From NCBI GenBank assembly GCA_965214095.1, contig OZ243938.1, forward strand, positions 3,200,001 through 3,264,000: 64,000 nt of DNA, read 5' to 3'. A program made the translations under genes and the position numbers. The DNA comes from Candidatus Poribacteria bacterium (GTDB taxonomy: Bacteria; Poribacteria; WGA-4E; WGA-3G). Below, in pieces: positions 60,106-64,000 of the stretch. The stretch's first letter is position 1. Each line of letters begins with the position of its first letter. Under the pieces are notes generated by a model, which was not told the origin of the DNA, did no database searches, and saw only the letters and a list, made by a program, of their open reading frames with translations.

Positions 60106-60227
60106 AGATAATCACGGTTCACCATGAGGAGTATACCTAACAATGAGCAAAACCGGTTCATTCAGAAAATGGAACATCACTGTTCTTAGTATAAGTCTTC
60201 TGCTCTTTCCTCTTTTTTGAAAAAACT

Positions 60228-60255
60228 TGAGACTATTTCGCCTCATACCGAGTCA
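60228..60255 (+). promoter_or_regulatory. Variant ECF-type promoter of gene 10 (TGAGACT-N16-AGTCA)
   Basis: Near-identical to the gene 9 motif. Confidence 0.6.
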
Positions 60256-60301
60256 CTATATGCTGATGTGAAATGATGAACTCCCTTTCCAGAGGTTTTC
60301 A

Positions 60302-63300
60302 ATGAAAAATGCTGATGTTGAACTCATCCAACGTGTCCTTGATGGTGATGATACTGCGTTTACCGAACTGGTTAAGAAATACCAGAAATCTGTTCACGCG
60401 CTTGCATGGCGGAAGGTTCAAGACTTCCACATTGCAGAGGATATCACACAAGAAACATTCCTAAAGGTATATCGGAATCTGTCAACACTGAAGGAACCGC
60501 AATCTTTTGCAAGTTGGTTGTATGTCATAGCAACAAACCACTGCAAGACGTGGCTTAGTAAGAAGCAAGTGTGGACACAATCGTTGGATAACTTCAATAG
60601 CGCAGAATTGGAAAAAGCAACCTATTCCAACTATGTCAGTGCGGAAAACGAACGGGTATCAGTAGAAGCACAGCGAGAAGTCGTCAAGAAGTTGCTTGCA
60701 AAACTACAGGAGAGTGATCGCACGGTCATCACACTCTACTACCTCGGGGGAATGACGTATGAAGAAATCAGCAGATTCTTAGGTGTATCGGTCAGTGCGA
60801 TCAAGAATCGACTCTACCGAGCGCGCCAGTTTCTAAAGAAGGAGGAACCTATGATAAGAGAAGCTTTAGAGAATTACCAAATCACTCCAAATCTCACTGA
60901 AAACATCATGCAAGAAATATCTCGTCTCAGACCTACGCCTACTGCCAGCAAACCGCTTGTACCGTGGGCAGTTGCTGCTGCAAGTGCTATTTTAATAGTG
61001 TTGATGCTTGGATTAAGCAGCCAACAATTACTCCGTTTTCAGAAACCTTTTTCATTAGACGCACAAGCAGAGATGACCGTTGAACTTGTTGACACACCAA
61101 TTGTGCTAAATATAGACACGGTCCCAGATGTGAGAAATTTACTGGGTAATACAAATGCGTTGGGTATAAGTGAAAATGAAGGTCAGAAACCAGATGAAGT
61201 CCTGTTGGCTGCTGCAGAAACCGAAGATGAGGACAAGGTATCCACTCTCAAACAGCAGTGGATTCAGTCTGAACCCATTAAAGGTAGTCCTGTTGATAGT
61301 CTAAGAGTTACCACTGAAGGAGATCTGTATGTTCTCCTACGTAGTCTAGGAAACCCTAAGATCCTGAAGTTAACTTCGGATGGAAACACTTGGCAATCTT
61401 TTGAAGGTAATCCACCAGAAACTGCCTGGAGCTTTAACGGACCTATACTAAAGTGGAATGACACGTTTTACACTATACTGTATAATGAACTCCTTGCAAC
61501 AAAAGATGAAGGTAAAACATGGGATTTACTATATTCGTGGCAAGATGCAAATGGTGCGACCGAATTTGTACAGATAGAACAAGCACTTTACATCGCATTT
61601 AGAAATGGAATCTTTAAATCAGAAGATTCTGGCAAGACATGGAAATCAATACACGATGAGAAAATAAAGCATATTGAATCATTGTTCAAAATCCAAGACA
61701 CACTATTTGTCCGAACTTACAGAGAACTCTATCGTTTGGAAGATGATAAATGGAAACGCATTGAATTTCCTGCCCCAGTCAGGCGGATCATTTCAATTGC
61801 CGGTTCTGAAGATAAACTTTATGTTGTGATATTTTTCAATTGGGAAGAAGCAAATGTAGACAGAGAAAAAATGGAACAGGGACTGGTGCGTGGATGGTGG
61901 ATATACCGTTCAACTGACCTTGGCAATTCATGGACAGATATAACACCGACAAACGCTTGGAACATAAATGGATGGCCCCCCAATCCAAAGATGATTGCAA
62001 CTGGTGATACACTTCTCGTAATGGAACGAGGTATGGTACGTTCCACCGATGGTGGGGATACATGGATGCCGCCACAACAACCAGACACATCACCGTTAAT
62101 GAGCAGTGAAAACCATGCTGTTGCGTTAGATGAAAACACCTTTTATATCAGTAACAGAGACGGACTCCATCGTTCCATTGATGGCGGTAAATCTTGGGAA
62201 ATGGTAAAAATTCCTCAGGATAAGACGAGGAGAGTAGTTTGGAACCTAATCAAAGATATTGGGACTAGAAAAAGGCAGAACGAGCAGCATACTCTATACG
62301 GAATAGTTTCAGTTGGCAAAATAGCAAAAACTACGGATAATGGTAAGTCTTGGAATGACGTTCAAGTTGATTTTCCAATGTCAAAACAACTGACTGAACC
62401 CTTACCAACATTTATACAGATTAATCAATCTGAAAATGGAGTCTATGCAAAGGGTGGTTCAATTGGTGGAGGAAAAATAAGACACTACAAAGTATCAAAA
62501 AATGGATACACATTAGAACCTATACAAGACTTGCCTACCTTCGATTCGTTTGAATTAAGAATGCATTTGTATCAAACACAAGATCTTTCTATTGAAGTGT
62601 TAAAAGAAGATTTTACTGGGGCGACTCAATTCTTCAAACAGATGCTCCAGTTAACCCCACAAGAAAGGGGTAAACTTGAAGGACTTGGATTACTTGGACC
62701 GTTTGCTGTCAGTGGTGACACATTCTATTCGGAATATAACTTTAAACTCTTGAGATGGGAACCCGGCTATACTGAATGGTACGACACTGGACAAGAGGAA
62801 ACCGCAGAAGTATCTCTGAAGACGGGCATTTATAGAGCCAACGCTATCATTCCTGAACTTGCTGCTTTAGGTGACACTGTCTATTACGGAAAACGGGATG
62901 GACATCTCGTTGTATCGTTTGATAGAGGTAATAATTGGGTAGATATCACTCCGGGTTTGCCGTTTAAAGTTAGAACTTTCTATGATATAGTATTTGCTGG
63001 ATCTACAGTGTATGTGGCAACAGACGCAGGTATCATTACATCAGATGATGGGAGGACTTGGCAGGTCGTCAATGATTCGGATGGAACAAATCTTATCATG
63101 GAGCACTTGGCTACCGATGGAACAACACTCTACGGAATTACCAAAATGACACGTGTATTTCAAAAAAATGCTGTATTTCGTTTGGAAAACGGCACTTGGA
63201 ATCAAATTGTTACCAGTATACCTGCTACATTTGAAATGACTGATATCATAACATCTCTCGCTGTTGATGGTAATACACTATATATAAGTACTGGAAAAAA

Positions 63301-63331
63301 CGGAATGCTTTACTATAGCCTTGAAGAGTAA
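60302..63331 (+). CDS. Array gene 10: ECF sigma + TM + Asp-box propeller
   Basis: Sigma class of gene 9; propeller unlike gene 9. Confidence 0.9.
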   Translation: MKNADVELIQRVLDGDDTAFTELVKKYQKSVHALAWRKVQDFHIAEDITQETFLKVYRNLSTLKEPQSFASWLYVIATNHCKTWLSKKQVWTQSLDNFNSAELEKATYSNYVSAENERVSVEAQREVVKKLLAKLQESDRTVITLYYLGGMTYEEISRFLGVSVSAIKNRLYRARQFLKKEEPMIREALENYQITPNLTENIMQEISRLRPTPTASKPLVPWAVAAASAILIVLMLGLSSQQLLRFQKPFSLDAQAEMTVELVDTPIVLNIDTVPDVRNLLGNTNALGISENEGQKPDEVLLAAAETEDEDKVSTLKQQWIQSEPIKGSPVDSLRVTTEGDLYVLLRSLGNPKILKLTSDGNTWQSFEGNPPETAWSFNGPILKWNDTFYTILYNELLATKDEGKTWDLLYSWQDANGATEFVQIEQALYIAFRNGIFKSEDSGKTWKSIHDEKIKHIESLFKIQDTLFVRTYRELYRLEDDKWKRIEFPAPVRRIISIAGSEDKLYVVIFFNWEEANVDREKMEQGLVRGWWIYRSTDLGNSWTDITPTNAWNINGWPPNPKMIATGDTLLVMERGMVRSTDGGDTWMPPQQPDTSPLMSSENHAVALDENTFYISNRDGLHRSIDGGKSWEMVKIPQDKTRRVVWNLIKDIGTRKRQNEQHTLYGIVSVGKIAKTTDNGKSWNDVQVDFPMSKQLTEPLPTFIQINQSENGVYAKGGSIGGGKIRHYKVSKNGYTLEPIQDLPTFDSFELRMHLYQTQDLSIEVLKEDFTGATQFFKQMLQLTPQERGKLEGLGLLGPFAVSGDTFYSEYNFKLLRWEPGYTEWYDTGQEETAEVSLKTGIYRANAIIPELAALGDTVYYGKRDGHLVVSFDRGNNWVDITPGLPFKVRTFYDIVFAGSTVYVATDAGIITSDDGRTWQVVNDSDGTNLIMEHLATDGTTLYGITKMTRVFQKNAVFRLENGTWNQIVTSIPATFEMTDIITSLAVDGNTLYISTGKNGMLYYSLEE

Positions 63332-63553
63332 GGTCAATTAACAGAATCTGACCAACTGCCAGTAATTCCAAGGTTTTACATATATGTGAAGGCTGATTTG
63401 CAAATATCAAACGGCTTAGAGAATACAACGCAGATAGAACCATTGATGAAGTCATAAACATGTATCATAAACTCTAATGTTTACTATAAATAACCCTAGA
63501 CAAATTCAGAAACCCAAACACAAAAATCATCAATGATGAACCGAGGACAACCC

Positions 63554-64000
63554 ATGAAAACAACCATATCCGCCATACTAACATTATTAATACTCATGTT
63601 CCTACCTTATGCAAACGCAGAAACACGCACACAAATCAACCTACCCGAAGGAGCCAAAGCACGCCTTGGTAAAGGCATAACAAAATCCATCACCTTTTCA
63701 CCCGACAACACCCAACTCGCCGTACATACCACAATAGGAATCTGGTTATACGATACAGACACAGCCGAACTACTCAACCTCTTCAGAGTGGATACGCATT
63801 TTTTTCCAGAATCCATAACGTTCAGTCCAGACGGTGACATAATCGCATCAAGCAACCGATTTAATCAAGTCCGACTATGGCACGTCGCCACAGGAGAAAT
63901 CCTACACACCTTTAGAATGCAAGGCGGAGGTTGGGTAACTGATGTTCAGTTCACAACAGACGGCAAAAAAGTCGCAAGCTTCACTAATAGGGAACCTTCT
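63554..64000 (+). CDS. Secreted WD40 protein, 5' part (runs off the window end)
   Basis: Manual translation: MKTTISAILTLLILMFLPYANA-ETRTQINLPEGAKARLGKGITKSITFSPDNTQLAV...; SD GAGG. Confidence 0.85.
   Translation, partial: MKTTISAILTLLILMFLPYANAETRTQINLPEGAKARLGKGITKSITFSPDNTQLAVHTTIGIWLYDTDTAELLNLFRVDTHFFPESITFSPDGDIIASSNRFNQVRLWHVATGEILHTFRMQGGGWVTDVQFTTDGKKVASFTNREPS

Noticed and set aside
28967-63331. Diversity-generating retroelement or site-specific shufflon behind array diversity
   Set aside because: No reverse transcriptase, adenine-specific template/variable repeat pair, recombinase or inverted cassette in the array.

Overview
AT-rich bacterial window, probably Candidatus Poribacteria. 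This is inferred from DUF6785-type transporters, PhyH, 'LPEGAKARLGKG' WD40 proteins and a C-terminal 'TTLWGRLK' motif. The left 29 kb is mixed: the 5' end of a type III CRISPR cas10/cmr2 gene (missing from the ORF track), metabolic genes, an IS607 element with a pro-Fanzor-like TnpB, a BamA-like/DUF4956/YjiK operon, and a Ro60 (TROVE) gene preceded by four tandem Y RNAs (two tRNA-mimic YrlA-type, two minimal). The right 35 kb is a tandem array of nine ~1000-aa proteins, each with an ECF sigma factor, an anti-sigma-like helix, one TM helix and an extracytoplasmic beta-propeller (WD40 or Asp-box), plus one sigma-less copy. Each intact gene is preceded by an ECF-type promoter whose -35/-10 sequence tracks the recognition-helix class of that gene's own sigma domain. 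Promoter+sigma modules and sensor modules have visibly been reassorted, which suggests a shuffled library of self-activating one-component receptors. GTAG-foot REP hairpins and REP-carrying MITEs fill many intergenic regions. All family calls come from motif recognition by eye; no searches or folding were run.
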